Positions 33,385 to 42,093 of a DNA stretch of 44,141 nt are shown here, one piece after another. The DNA lies in contig JAUPUE010000042.1 in the NCBI GenBank assembly GCA_030917725.1, positions 1 through 44,141 of the forward strand. The letters run 5' to 3'. Every line of letters starts with the position of its first letter. The stretch's first letter is position 1. The notes beneath the pieces are model-generated. The model made no database searches, had not been told where the DNA came from, and was given only the letters and a program-made list of their open reading frames with translations. The DNA is from Patescibacteria group bacterium. GTDB taxonomy: Bacteria > Patescibacteriota > Minisyncoccia > Phycocordibacterales > EsbW-18. The position numbers and the translations under genes were made by a program.

Positions 33385-33424
33385 GTCCCGCGAAGCCTGA
33401 AGGGCGAAGTGGGACGATCCGGCA
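33385..33424 (-). repeat. 12-nt duplicate of the tRNA-Gln 5' end fused to a GTCCCRC/GYGGGAC hairpin
   Basis: GACGATCCGGCA at 33413-33424 exactly repeats 33345-33356 (tRNA positions 1-12), 68 nt upstream of the gene. The adjacent 31-nt hairpin spans 33385-33415. Confidence 0.6.
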
Positions 33425-33514
33425 GTATTACGTCAACGACGATAAAATACAACAAAAAAGGCCTAAAAACAATAGTTTATGGAATCCTCATCTCCCTTAT
33501 GAGAACCTTCCCTA

Positions 33515-33895
33515 ATGAAGAAAGATTTTGATGAGTGGAATGAAATCAAAAAAGAAACAGATGACAGCAGTCCTCGCCTCTACACCGTTCGAGAGATATG
33601 GTGGTGTCGTTTTGGCTTAAATATCGGAACTGAGCAAAACGGTGGTGATCAATTTTCTCGGCCTTGCATCATTTTAAGGGGATTCGGTCCAGATGCATGT
33701 TTGATAGCACCATTGACCACATCCAGAAAAGAACATCATCACCGAATCCCAATCGGAACGGTGTCGGGTCGAAGCGCAAAAGCCAATCTTTCCCAAATAA
33801 AGACAATTGATACTCGTCGACTGATACGAAAGGTGGGATTTTTGGAAAAAGATATCTTTGAGATTCTACGAAAAAACGCCAGAACTTTGTTCTGA
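33515..33895 (+). CDS. PemK/MazF-family toxin-like protein, no adjacent antitoxin ORF
   Basis: 126 aa. FDEWNEIKK...REIWWCRFGLNIGTEQNG..FSRPCIIL...LSQIKTIDTRRL follows the pattern of the solitary MazF-like subfamily. The 160 nt upstream lack an ORF. Confidence 0.7.
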   Translation: MKKDFDEWNEIKKETDDSSPRLYTVREIWWCRFGLNIGTEQNGGDQFSRPCIILRGFGPDACLIAPLTTSRKEHHHRIPIGTVSGRSAKANLSQIKTIDTRRLIRKVGFLEKDIFEILRKNARTLF

Positions 33896-34046
33896 CGTTT
33901 TTATCCTTTTGCCCCTTGTGGGGGCGAGGCCGAAGCCAACTATGCATACAGTATACAGTACGGGTCAGCCGGAGCAAATCTTACTTTATCAAGACTTTAA
34001 AGCGCCGTATTTGAACGCCTCTCAACAGAAGACATGGCCGAGGAAC

Positions 34047-34265
34047 CTAGAGCTCCTTGAACTCTTTGAGATCCCTGTCAGGAAGGTAGAGAATGAGAAA
34101 ACCGCCAAAGATACCGCCAATGGCGAGATAGAGATGGTTGTTGTTAAAGAAAATGAGATCGGCCAAGTCGAGCACATACCAGATGCCACGCCACACCAAG
34201 ACAACACCAAGGACGATAGAAAAGTCACGTGCAAGTTCTCCAAATGTCTCAATCTTTTTTCTCAT
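34047..34265 (-). CDS. small two-TM membrane protein (hypothetical)
   Basis: 72 aa with two clear hydrophobic helices. It lies 12 nt downstream of pyrG on the same strand. Confidence 0.5.
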   Translation of the reverse strand: MRKKIETFGELARDFSIVLGVVLVWRGIWYVLDLADLIFFNNNHLYLAIGGIFGGFLILYLPDRDLKEFKEL

Positions 34266-34277
34266 GTGAGTATTAGT

Positions 34278-35933
34278 TTAACGTTTTTTATTTTTTTGAC
34301 CACGCTTGCTCGCCGCTTTTGCAAATGCAGTAAAAAGCGGATGCGGAGCAAGCGGGCGCGCTAGGAACTCGGGATGGAACTGCGCACCAACGAAGAACGG
34401 GTGAACCTTCTTTGGAAGCTCAGCGATTTCCATGAGGATGCCATCGGGAGATGTGCCCGAGAAGACGATGCCCGCATCGGTAAGCTGCTGAACGTATTCG
34501 GGATTGACCTCATAGCGATGTCGATGACGTTCGATGATCGTGGAGCTTTTGTATGCATCAGCAGCATGGGTTCCCTTTTTGATATGAGCGGGATACGCGC
34601 CCAAACGCATTGATGCACCATAGCGATTGTCTTTGAGAAGGACTTTTTGTTCAGGAAGGATATCAATAACAGGATGCTTTGTTTTTGGAGAGACTTCGGT
34701 CGTGTGTGCGTCTTTGAGCTTCGCGACATTACGGGCAAATTCGACCACCATGAGCTGCATGCCGTAGCAGAGGCCAAGATATGGGATGTTGTGTGTGCGA
34801 GCGTAACGGATAGCGTTGAGCTTTCCTTCGATGCCCGATGAACCGAATCCCCCCGGCACAATAACGCCGTCGAACTTGGCGAGCATCGCAACCTTGTTCT
34901 TCTTTCCTTCGAATTCACGCGCGCTGATCCATGTGAGCTTTGGTGTTCGATTCACCGAATATGCGGAATAGCGGATCGCCTCGATGACAGAGACGTAGGC
35001 GTCGGCGAGCGTGAAGTCGCCGCTGTCAAAATATTTTCCGACGACGGCAATCGAGAGCTCCGGCTTCTTCGCATTTCCCTTCTTCACGAATGTCTCCCAT
35101 GGTCCAAATTTTGGTGTGCCGAGCTTGAGGTGGAGAATCTTGGTGAGCTCGCCATCAACGCCCTGACGGTGCAGTTCGAGCGGGATGCCATAGACGTTCT
35201 TTACGTCCGGAAGCGATACCACACGCGCCGGAGCGAGATTACATGCAAGAGCGAGCTTGGCGCGGCGTTTGTCGTCCATGGCAACAGCACTGCGAGCGAT
35301 GAGGAGGTCAGCGTTCACGCCGTGTGAGTTGAGCGCTTGCGCAGCGATACGCGTGGGTCGTGTCTTCATCTCGCCCATGTGCTGTGGCATCGGCAGGTAA
35401 CCAACGAGAACAATCGCAACATCTTCGGGGCGCGTGAGCTTGAGCACGCGCGCGGCTTCGATGAACATGATGTTCTGATAGTCACCGATGGTTCCGCCGA
35501 TTTCGACAAGCGTAATATCAGAACGATTCTCGCGCTCAGCTTGCGTGATTCGTTCGGTGATTTCATCAACGATATGCGGAATCGCTTCGACACATTTGCC
35601 ACCGTACCCAAGAGAACGTTCACGCGCGATGACACTGCTGTAGACCATACCACTCGTCATGTAATCGATGCTCTGTCCCGAAAGATTGAGGAAACGCTCA
35701 TACGTACCCATATCCTGATCAGTCTCGAGCCCACTCTCCATAACGAAAACCTCACCGTGTTCGGTGGGGTTCATAGTGCCTGCGTCGACGTTGAGATAGG
35801 GGTCGGCTTTGACGAGGTTAGCGCGGAATCCGCGTGCCTGCATGATGTTGCCGAGCGAGGCAGAAACAATTCCTTTGCCGATTCCGGACATCACCCCGCC
35901 GATTACGAACACATAGGAATGTTTCTTTTTCAT
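34278..35933 (-). CDS. pyrG: CTP synthase
   Basis: 551 aa. It has the N-terminal synthase motif GGVMSGIGKGI and the C-terminal glutamine amidotransferase motifs GLCYGMQ and HRHRYEVN. Confidence 0.95.
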   Translation of the reverse strand: MKKKHSYVFVIGGVMSGIGKGIVSASLGNIMQARGFRANLVKADPYLNVDAGTMNPTEHGEVFVMESGLETDQDMGTYERFLNLSGQSIDYMTSGMVYSSVIARERSLGYGGKCVEAIPHIVDEITERITQAERENRSDITLVEIGGTIGDYQNIMFIEAARVLKLTRPEDVAIVLVGYLPMPQHMGEMKTRPTRIAAQALNSHGVNADLLIARSAVAMDDKRRAKLALACNLAPARVVSLPDVKNVYGIPLELHRQGVDGELTKILHLKLGTPKFGPWETFVKKGNAKKPELSIAVVGKYFDSGDFTLADAYVSVIEAIRYSAYSVNRTPKLTWISAREFEGKKNKVAMLAKFDGVIVPGGFGSSGIEGKLNAIRYARTHNIPYLGLCYGMQLMVVEFARNVAKLKDAHTTEVSPKTKHPVIDILPEQKVLLKDNRYGASMRLGAYPAHIKKGTHAADAYKSSTIIERHRHRYEVNPEYVQQLTDAGIVFSGTSPDGILMEIAELPKKVHPFFVGAQFHPEFLARPLAPHPLFTAFAKAASKRGQKNKKR

Positions 35934-35936
35934 ACG

Positions 35937-36863
35937 CTACACCTTGAGATAACGTCGTACCGCCATATAGCTCGAAAGCGCTCCGAGACCGATGCCCGCC
36001 GCCATAAGGAGGAGGAACATCTGCCCAAAGTTCGAGACGTAATAATCAAAGATATTGATTGCACCGAAGAAACGCTCGGTGAATGGACCCATCCACAGTG
36101 TGAGCGGATAGTAGAGCACAAGAACGATAATGCTTGCAGCAATGCCATACATGATACCTTCGACAACAAATGGTCCACGCACGTATGCCGATGAGGCTCC
36201 GACGAGACGCATAACCGAGATTTCTTCACGAGCGGTGTAAATAGCAAGACGAACCGTGTTGAACGTGATGATGACGGAAAGAAGGATGAGAACAATCGAA
36301 AGCACAAAACCAAGACGCTCAGATGAATCGACAATCTGCGAGAGCTTCTCGATAATTGGCTTGTTGTTGGTGTAGTTCACCTTTTCGATGATGACCTGGT
36401 TTCCTGAGCCGAGTGCTGCATCGCTCGCAAGGTATGCTGCGATTGATTCATATTGTGATGTCTCACGGGCCTTCACATTGAAGACCGCGCCGAGCGGGTT
36501 GTCTTCGAGCTCGGCGAGTGCATTGATGATAGTCTGATCGTCGCCGTGCTTCTCTTTGAAATCAGCGAGTGCTTGTTCGCGCGAGACGTATTCGACAGCA
36601 GAGACTTCTGGAAGAGCTTCGAGTGATGATTTGAGCGCAAGAATATCTGACTCAGGAGCATTCGTCATAAAGTAGACGTTAACGTCCACCTTTGCACGGA
36701 GCTGACCAAGCGATGCATCAAGAATGGCGCCCGAAAAGACAACAGCACCGAGTGTGAAAAGCGTAACCACCATAATGAGAACTGATGCAAGCGACACAAA
36801 GCCGTTGCGCCAAAAGTTCACAAAGCCCGCATTGAGTATTCTTTTTGTTGCGATCCAGAACAT
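35937..36863 (-). CDS. ftsX: cell division permease-like protein FtsX
   Basis: 308 aa. It has the FtsX topology (TM1, extracellular loop, three TM helices) and lies directly downstream of ftsE. Confidence 0.85.
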   Translation of the reverse strand: MFWIATKRILNAGFVNFWRNGFVSLASVLIMVVTLFTLGAVVFSGAILDASLGQLRAKVDVNVYFMTNAPESDILALKSSLEALPEVSAVEYVSREQALADFKEKHGDDQTIINALAELEDNPLGAVFNVKARETSQYESIAAYLASDAALGSGNQVIIEKVNYTNNKPIIEKLSQIVDSSERLGFVLSIVLILLSVIITFNTVRLAIYTAREEISVMRLVGASSAYVRGPFVVEGIMYGIAASIIVLVLYYPLTLWMGPFTERFFGAINIFDYYVSNFGQMFLLLMAAGIGLGALSSYMAVRRYLKV

Positions 36864-36872
36864 AAATATGTA

Positions 36873-37553
36873 TTAGAGGACGTACCTGCCATCTTCGTCG
36901 TCGCGCACAATCCGGCCGTGATCCATCGTAATAACGCGCTTGCCGAGACTGTCGATGACGCCCTTGTTGTGCGTGGTAAGCAAGACGGTTGTTCCAAGAT
37001 CGTTAATCTTTTTGAGAATTTGAACGACTTCGTAGGTGTTGAGCGGGTCGAGGTTACCAGTTGGTTCGTCGGCGACGAGCACGTCGGGTTGGTTGACGAT
37101 TGCGCGTGCAATCGCGAGACGCTGCTTCTCACCACCTGACATCTGGTGCGGGAACTTCCATGCTTTGCCTGCAAGACCGACGAGGTCGAGCGCGTATGGT
37201 ACGTCGCTCTCGATTTCATCATCGTGTCGTCCTGCTGCTTCCATCGCAAATGCAATGTTCTCAAACGCAGTCTTTTGAGGTAAGAGTCTGAAGTCTTGGA
37301 AAATCATCCCGATGCGACGACGCATGTCGCTAATCTGACGCTTGGGAAGCGTGTGGATGTTTTGCTCACCAAGAAACACCGAGCCTTCGCTTGGATATTC
37401 TTCTGCAAGAAGAAGTTTGAGAAGTGTGGTCTTCCCTGCTCCCGAATGGCCAACAATGGAAACAAACTCCGCGGGAGCAATCTTGAACGAGATGTTCTCG
37501 AGTGCTATGGAATTATCGAGGTAGGTCTTTGATACGTTATCAAAAAGGATCAT
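36873..37553 (-). CDS. ftsE: cell division ATP-binding protein FtsE
   Basis: 226 aa. Motifs are [17 protein letters not shown] and [11 protein letters not shown]. Confidence 0.9.
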   Translation of the reverse strand: MILFDNVSKTYLDNSIALENISFKIAPAEFVSIVGHSGAGKTTLLKLLLAEEYPSEGSVFLGEQNIHTLPKRQISDMRRRIGMIFQDFRLLPQKTAFENIAFAMEAAGRHDDEIESDVPYALDLVGLAGKAWKFPHQMSGGEKQRLAIARAIVNQPDVLVADEPTGNLDPLNTYEVVQILKKINDLGTTVLLTTHNKGVIDSLGKRVITMDHGRIVRDDEDGRYVL

Positions 37554-37564
37554 CGGTTGGTTGA

Positions 37565-38440
37565 TTAGGAAAGGTTCTTCTCTGCCTCAATGAATTCATC
37601 GAGATCGCCATCATCAAGCACGCGCTCGACGTTGCGGGTCTCTACTTCGGTACGATGGTCTTTAACGAGCTTGTAGGGATGGAGGACATACGATCGTATC
37701 TGATTTCCCCACTGTGCTTCGGTGGTCGACGCAACTGACATACCGCGCGCGACCGCCTTCGCATCCTCCTCCTGCTTATGATACAGCTTGCCGCGAAGTA
37801 TTTCCAGCGCATATGCCTTGTTTTGTGCCTGGCTTCGTTCTGTGTCGATGTGGACAGCAAGACCGGTGGGTGTATGTACGATACGAACGGCACTTTCGCG
37901 TTTGTTGACGTTCTGCCCGCCCGGTCCTCCAGAGCGTGTGAACTGAATATCAAGCTCTTCGGATGGAATCAAAAGCTCAGTCTCTGCAAAAACTGGCATC
38001 ACTTCGACCATGGCAAACGATGTATGACGTTTTTCATTTGCATTGAACGGCGAGACACGTACCAAGCGGTGTACGCCTGACTCATGCTTGAGTGTGCCGT
38101 AGACATCCTTTCCTTTTATCTCGATGGTGATGTTCCGAACCCCGCCGTGTTCGTTCTCATTTTGGTGGATAATCGTGTAGTCCCATCCTTTACGTGCAAT
38201 GTATGCGAAGTACATTTTTATGAGCATGAGGGAGAAGTCCTCAGCATCAAGACCGCCCGCTCCAGCAAAGACCGTGAGCAACGCGCCGCCACGATCGTAC
38301 TGTCCTTTGCCTTCAATTGCGTCTTTGAGGTCGTGGTACTCCTTGATGATTGCCTGTGCACCGTCTTTATCAGACCAAAAATCAGGGGCCGCCATAGCTG
38401 CCTCGATCTCGGCGATGCGTTGCTGATTCGTTTCGTTCAC
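37565..38440 (-). CDS. prfB: peptide chain release factor 2, short form (291 aa, GTG start, no programmed frameshift seen)
   Basis: It has the SPF motif (RVSPFNA) and GGQ (GGPGGQNVNK). An in-frame TAG lies 11 codons upstream of the GTG at 38438-38440. Confidence 0.9.
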   Translation of the reverse strand: MNETNQQRIAEIEAAMAAPDFWSDKDGAQAIIKEYHDLKDAIEGKGQYDRGGALLTVFAGAGGLDAEDFSLMLIKMYFAYIARKGWDYTIIHQNENEHGGVRNITIEIKGKDVYGTLKHESGVHRLVRVSPFNANEKRHTSFAMVEVMPVFAETELLIPSEELDIQFTRSGGPGGQNVNKRESAVRIVHTPTGLAVHIDTERSQAQNKAYALEILRGKLYHKQEEDAKAVARGMSVASTTEAQWGNQIRSYVLHPYKLVKDHRTEVETRNVERVLDDGDLDEFIEAEKNLS

Positions 38441-38446
38441 GGAGAG

Positions 38447-38455
38447 AGTATACCA
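38447..38455 (-). promoter_or_regulatory. extended -10 box TGGTATACT 6 nt upstream of the prfB GTG (leaderless-type spacing)
   Basis: The minus strand reads TGGTATACT-CTCTCC-GTG. Confidence 0.45.
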
Positions 38456-38484
38456 GCTGCCAGCTACCGGCTACCAGGTTCCAG
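38450..38484 (-). repeat. five tandem heptamers (minus strand CTGGAAC CTGGTAG CCGGTAG CTGGCAG CTGGTAT)
   Basis: A direct read gives the consensus CTGGTAG. They lie between the conserved element and the prfB start, and the last unit overlaps the TGGTATACT box. Confidence 0.7.
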
Positions 38485-38489
38485 CTTCC

Positions 38490-38578
38490 CGAAATACATG
38501 GCGCAGAGCGGAGTGGATCCGGGTTTTTCCGAGCCTGCGAGGACAAAACACGGACCACGCAGCGAGAGTCATACCACG
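38490..38578 (-). promoter_or_regulatory. copy 2 of the conserved inverted-repeat element, upstream of prfB
   Basis: See 3688..3807. This copy ends 50 nt upstream of the prfB start. Confidence 0.6.
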
Positions 38579-38625
38579 ACTCAAACATTGGAATTCGGCC
38601 ACTTTTGTTGTACTTTACTGATTGC

Positions 38626-38701
38626 GCCACTGTAGCTCAGTTGGTAGAGCACTACTTTCGTAAAGTAGGGGTCATCAGTTCGATCCTGATCAGTGGCTCC
38701 A
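38626..38701 (+). tRNA. tRNA-Thr (anticodon CGU), CCA encoded
   Basis: GCCACTG-TA-GCTC-AGTTGGTA-GAGC-A-CTACT-TTCGTAA-AGTAG-GGGTC-ATCAG-TTCGATC-CTGAT-CAGTGGC-T-CCA. Confidence 0.9.
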
Positions 38702-38707
38702 GACAAC

Positions 38708-38733
38708 AAAAGCTCCCCTCTCGGGGAGCTTTT
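38708..38733. terminator. bidirectional terminator hairpin between tRNA-Thr(CGU) and the convergent acidic-protein gene
   Basis: AAAAGCTCCCC-TCTC-GGGGAGCTTTT has A/T runs on both sides. Confidence 0.8.
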
Positions 38734-38753
38734 ATATTGACGGTCAGATGAGC

Positions 38754-39809
38754 TTAGTCGAGCTCGTCCATTGCGTCGTTGGCTTTGTCTTCTGCATCAC
38801 GAGCGAGGTCTTCTGCCTCATTCCAATCTTCATCGTCGAACGCATTTTCGGCGTCGTCGAAAAGATCGTTGGCCTCGTCGAGAAGATCCTCTGCATCACC
38901 AGTATCTTCATCGTTATCTTCCGCGTCATTAAATGCTTCCTGGGCATCATCAATTGCGTTTTCTGCATCATCGAGAGCCTCCTGAGCATCGTCCTCATCA
39001 TTGTTGTTGTCGCTGTCTTCACCAATAGCATCTACTGCTTCATCGGCGAGATCTGCGGCCTCATCGGCAAGTTCTTCTGCCTCGTCATAATCCTCATCAT
39101 CGTATGCCTGTTCAGCATCATCGAGCTTGTCGCCGGCTTCATCGAGGAGATCCCATGCCTGAGAGACTTCTTCATCATCGTCTTCGGCAGCCTGGATTTC
39201 GTCCTCAGCATCGTTGATAGCTTCATCAGCATCATCAATTGCATCTTCTGCGTCGTTCGAGTCATCGTCATCATCGTCATCATCATCGTCGTCATCGTCA
39301 TCGTCGTCATCTCCATAATCACCATCTATCTCATCTTGTGCATCTTGCGCAAGCTCCTTTGCATCCATTGCGAGGTCCTTTGCCTCACCCCAGTCTTCAT
39401 CATCAAAAGCATCTTCTGCCTCTGCGAGCTTGTCTTCAGCGTCATTAATGAGATCCTCGGCATCGCCGGTGTTCTCATCATCATCCTCCGCGTTTTCGAA
39501 CTCATCCTGAGCGTCAGCAATGGCATTCTTTGCGCTCTTAATCTGAGACGCTGCGCTCTGTTCCTGACCATTTGATGAGCCACTAGTATCATCTACCTTC
39601 ACAAATCCACTTCCTCCCTTGAGTGCCGCGAGCTGCTGCTTGAGGAGCTCGATGATTTGAAGGAGGATGTTGATCTGTGCTTGAGATCCTGCCGTGATGG
39701 TCGAGGATGCCGCCTCTGTAACGACCGGCTTTGTAATGGCTACGCCCCCGAGGACGAGCACCGCTGCGAGCGCAATGGCTCCAAGCGATTTAAGTAAGGT
39801 GTGTTTCAT
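38754..39809 (-). CDS. secreted or anchored hyper-acidic protein with three ~85-aa D/E/A-rich helical repeats and a 17-Asp run
   Basis: 351 aa. It has the signal anchor MKHTLLKSLGAIALAAVLVLGG, the motif LLQIIELLKQQLAAL, then three repeats of the form DAEDLI.DAEDKL..AEDAFDDEDW.EA.DLA.DA...A.DA.DEID. Confidence 0.8.
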   Translation of the reverse strand: MKHTLLKSLGAIALAAVLVLGGVAITKPVVTEAASSTITAGSQAQINILLQIIELLKQQLAALKGGSGFVKVDDTSGSSNGQEQSAASQIKSAKNAIADAQDEFENAEDDDENTGDAEDLINDAEDKLAEAEDAFDDEDWGEAKDLAMDAKELAQDAQDEIDGDYGDDDDDDDDDDDDDDDDDSNDAEDAIDDADEAINDAEDEIQAAEDDDEEVSQAWDLLDEAGDKLDDAEQAYDDEDYDEAEELADEAADLADEAVDAIGEDSDNNNDEDDAQEALDDAENAIDDAQEAFNDAEDNDEDTGDAEDLLDEANDLFDDAENAFDDEDWNEAEDLARDAEDKANDAMDELD

Positions 39810-39857
39810 AAGATTCGGAAGAAAATTAGATGTACTGCTAAACCTGTTAACCTAATA

Positions 39858-39866
39858 AGTATACCA
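39858..39866 (-). promoter_or_regulatory. extended -10 box TGGTATACT upstream of acidic-protein gene 38754..39809
   Basis: The exact 9-mer lies about 48 nt upstream of the ATG. Confidence 0.5.
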
Positions 39867-39931
39867 AACCTCACACGACACTTTCTTCTCGATGTGTGGT
39901 GTGTTGATGAGAGCAATTATACCCACATAGC

Positions 39932-39966
39932 ACAAACACCGTCACGCTGAGCGTGACGGTGTTTGT
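39932..39966 (-). terminator. intrinsic terminator after acidic-protein gene 39981..40613
   Basis: ACAAACACCGTCACGC-TGA-GCGTGACGGTGTTTGT forms a 16-bp stem 15 nt after the stop. Confidence 0.8.
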
Positions 39967-39980
39967 ATATCTCAGTCTAA

Positions 39981-40613
<633 letters not shown>

Positions 40614-40657
40614 AAGAACAAAAACTAAATCTACTAATAATCCTATTAACCCCATAA

Positions 40658-40677
40658 AGTATACCAAAAGTATACCA
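40658..40677 (-). promoter_or_regulatory. two tandem TGGTATACT boxes (11-nt offset) upstream of acidic-protein gene 39981..40613
   Basis: The minus strand reads TTTGGTATACTTTTGGTATACTTT. Confidence 0.5.
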
Positions 40678-40754
40678 AATAGAAACGTGAAAAAACGGAA
40701 GGCTTTTCTATAACATAAAAATATCGTATAGTAGCTTCGCCGTTGAATTCATAC

Positions 40755-40827
40755 GCCGTTGTAGCTCAGCTGGTAGAGCAACTCCATGGTAAGGAGTAGG
40801 TCGCCGGTTCAATTCCGGCCAACGGCT
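40755..40827 (+). tRNA. tRNA-Thr (anticodon GGU), CCA not encoded
   Basis: GCCGTTG-TA-GCTC-AGCTGGTA-GAGC-A-ACTCC-ATGGTAA-GGAGT-AGGTC-GCCGG-TTCAATT-CCGGC-CAACGGC-T. Confidence 0.9.
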
Positions 40828-40847
40828 CAGTAAAGAAGATTTTTGTG

Positions 40848-40886
40848 GTAGGTCGTCCCGCCATGGCGGGACCAACGGCTCAGTAA
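40848..40886 (+). other. tRNA-Thr(GGU) 3'-third duplicate in which the T-arm is replaced by an 18-nt perfect palindrome
   Basis: GTAGGTCG + GTCCCGCCATGGCGGGAC + CAACGGCTCAGTAA. The 15-mer CCAACGGCTCAGTAA repeats 40819-40833. Confidence 0.65.
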
Positions 40887-40892
40887 TGCACA

Positions 40893-40918
40893 ACAAAAGC
40901 CCCTTATGGGGCTTTTGT
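40893..40918. terminator. bidirectional terminator hairpin
   Basis: ACAAAAGCCCC-TTAT-GGGGCTTTTGT lies between the tRNA locus (+) and the convergent CDS 40936..41610 (-). Confidence 0.8.
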
Positions 40919-40935
40919 TTATCTTTCTAACGAAG

Positions 40936-41610
40936 TTATGCAACGGTCGGACCGGTCGATGCCGCTGGAGGCATCTGTGTAGGTACAACAGGAGCCATAT
41001 CGTCGCTCTTATCGATTGCCTTGTAGACATGTGCAAAAGCAAGAAGCGAGATTGGAAGCGTCACGAGCAAACCAAGTCCCATTGGGATCGCACCAACGAT
41101 GTTGATGAGTACAAGTACCAAGAAGAAGAGGAAGAGGTCCCATCGCTTGCCCTTCGTCATGCGACGGCTCTCCTTGAGAGCGGCAATTGGCTTCATACCC
41201 TTTTCAAGCACCAAGAAGATGGTGAGTGAGAGCATGACTTGAGCGATGATACCCGGCACGACGAGCAAGATAAAACCGATACCTACAACGATGACCGTCA
41301 CAATCGCCGCAAGTGCATAGCGCCATAAGACATCCCACGATTCCTTGAAGACCATATCGAACTTCACCGGAAGGCCAGCATATGAATTGAGCGTCATACG
41401 CGTGAGACCCAAGAACAACCACCATGTGAGCACTGCACCCGCGATGCTGACAAGAGCTCCAAAGAGTCCGTTACCAAGCTCACCGCTGATTTTATTGACG
41501 ACGAATGAAGCAACGAGTGCTACCGCTGTCGCCCCGACATAAACCCCTGCGTCTTTTTTGAAAGCATTCCATCCAAACTTAAACGATTCTTTGATCGATA
41601 CTGTGTGCAT
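40936..41610 (-). CDS. multi-pass membrane protein (DUF975-like pattern), hypothetical
   Basis: 224 aa. The N-terminal SIKESFKFGWNAFKK and five or six hydrophobic helices are typical of this poorly characterised family. Confidence 0.6.
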   Translation of the reverse strand: MHTVSIKESFKFGWNAFKKDAGVYVGATAVALVASFVVNKISGELGNGLFGALVSIAGAVLTWWLFLGLTRMTLNSYAGLPVKFDMVFKESWDVLWRYALAAIVTVIVVGIGFILLVVPGIIAQVMLSLTIFLVLEKGMKPIAALKESRRMTKGKRWDLFLFFLVLVLINIVGAIPMGLGLLVTLPISLLAFAHVYKAIDKSDDMAPVVPTQMPPAASTGPTVA

Positions 41611-41653
41611 AAAAAAGCTATAAACTACTATAAATCCATTATATCATGTGTAC

Positions 41654-42082
41654 ATGTTTAAAAGCCTCTGGAGCGCTCGGCACGAGAATGCCGCGGTTAT
41701 ACTCCTCCGATGGAGCCTGGCGGTGATATTCATCTGGTTTGGTCTTATTAAGGTCTCTGGGTATAACCTCGTTTTTGACCTTGTGAATTCAGTTGTGCCA
41801 TCCATGGCCACCGGAACAGGATTCCTCTTCTTGGGATTGATCGAGGTTGTGATTGGAATGGGTCTCTTGATAAATCGCTGGCGCCTCGCCGTGACAGCCA
41901 TCCTTGTCGTACACCTCGCGGGAACATTTGTCACTTTTTTCACTGCACCTGGACTCATGTTCGAACCGCACTTCCCCATCCTCACCCTTGCTGGAGAATT
42001 CGTTATCAAGAACCTGACCCTCGCTATCGCAGGTATCGTTGTCCTCATCCACGAAGCACATCGAGATCGCTCGGGGCGATAA
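41654..42082 (+). CDS. small four-TM membrane protein (DUF417/DoxX-like), hypothetical
   Basis: 142 aa from the first ATG (the track start at 41648 is a GTG). [16 protein letters not shown] is DoxX/YkgB-like. Confidence 0.55.
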   Translation: MFKSLWSARHENAAVILLRWSLAVIFIWFGLIKVSGYNLVFDLVNSVVPSMATGTGFLFLGLIEVVIGMGLLINRWRLAVTAILVVHLAGTFVTFFTAPGLMFEPHFPILTLAGEFVIKNLTLAIAGIVVLIHEAHRDRSGR

Positions 42083-42093
42083 AGGAAACTACT

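Noticed and set aside
30784-33424. A prophage or integrative element between the tRNA-like gene and tRNA-Gln.
   Set aside because: I recognise no integrase, excisionase, phage or conjugation genes in or next to the interval. Only one large metabolic fusion gene is present, so I report it only as a compositional island with tRNA-fragment scars.
33858-34364. A 168-aa plus-strand ORF downstream of the MazF-like gene.
   Set aside because: It overlaps the well-formed two-TM minus-strand ORF and the pyrG 3' end. It has low-complexity composition, no recognisable motif and no start context.
35337-36194. A 285-aa plus-strand ORF.
   Set aside because: It is antisense to the highly conserved pyrG and ftsX coding sequences and has no motif support. 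The same reasoning applies to 21793..22593(+), 914..1585(-), 18419..19183(+) and 7155..7676(+).
38441-38600. The classical +1 programmed frameshift site of prfB (CUU UGA C with an upstream SD-like element).
   Set aside because: No CTTTGA is present upstream or at the start of the gene. An in-frame TAG lies 11 codons upstream of the GTG, and no upstream frame encodes RF2-like N-terminal sequence.
38084-38635. Plus-strand ORFs 38084..38635 and 3447..3905 share the peptide YMAQSGVDPGFSE, which could suggest a conserved small protein.
   Set aside because: The shared peptide is a by-product of the conserved DNA element. The 31-nt indel between the copies shifts the frame, and both ORFs are otherwise antisense to well-supported genes (prfB and ABC-F).
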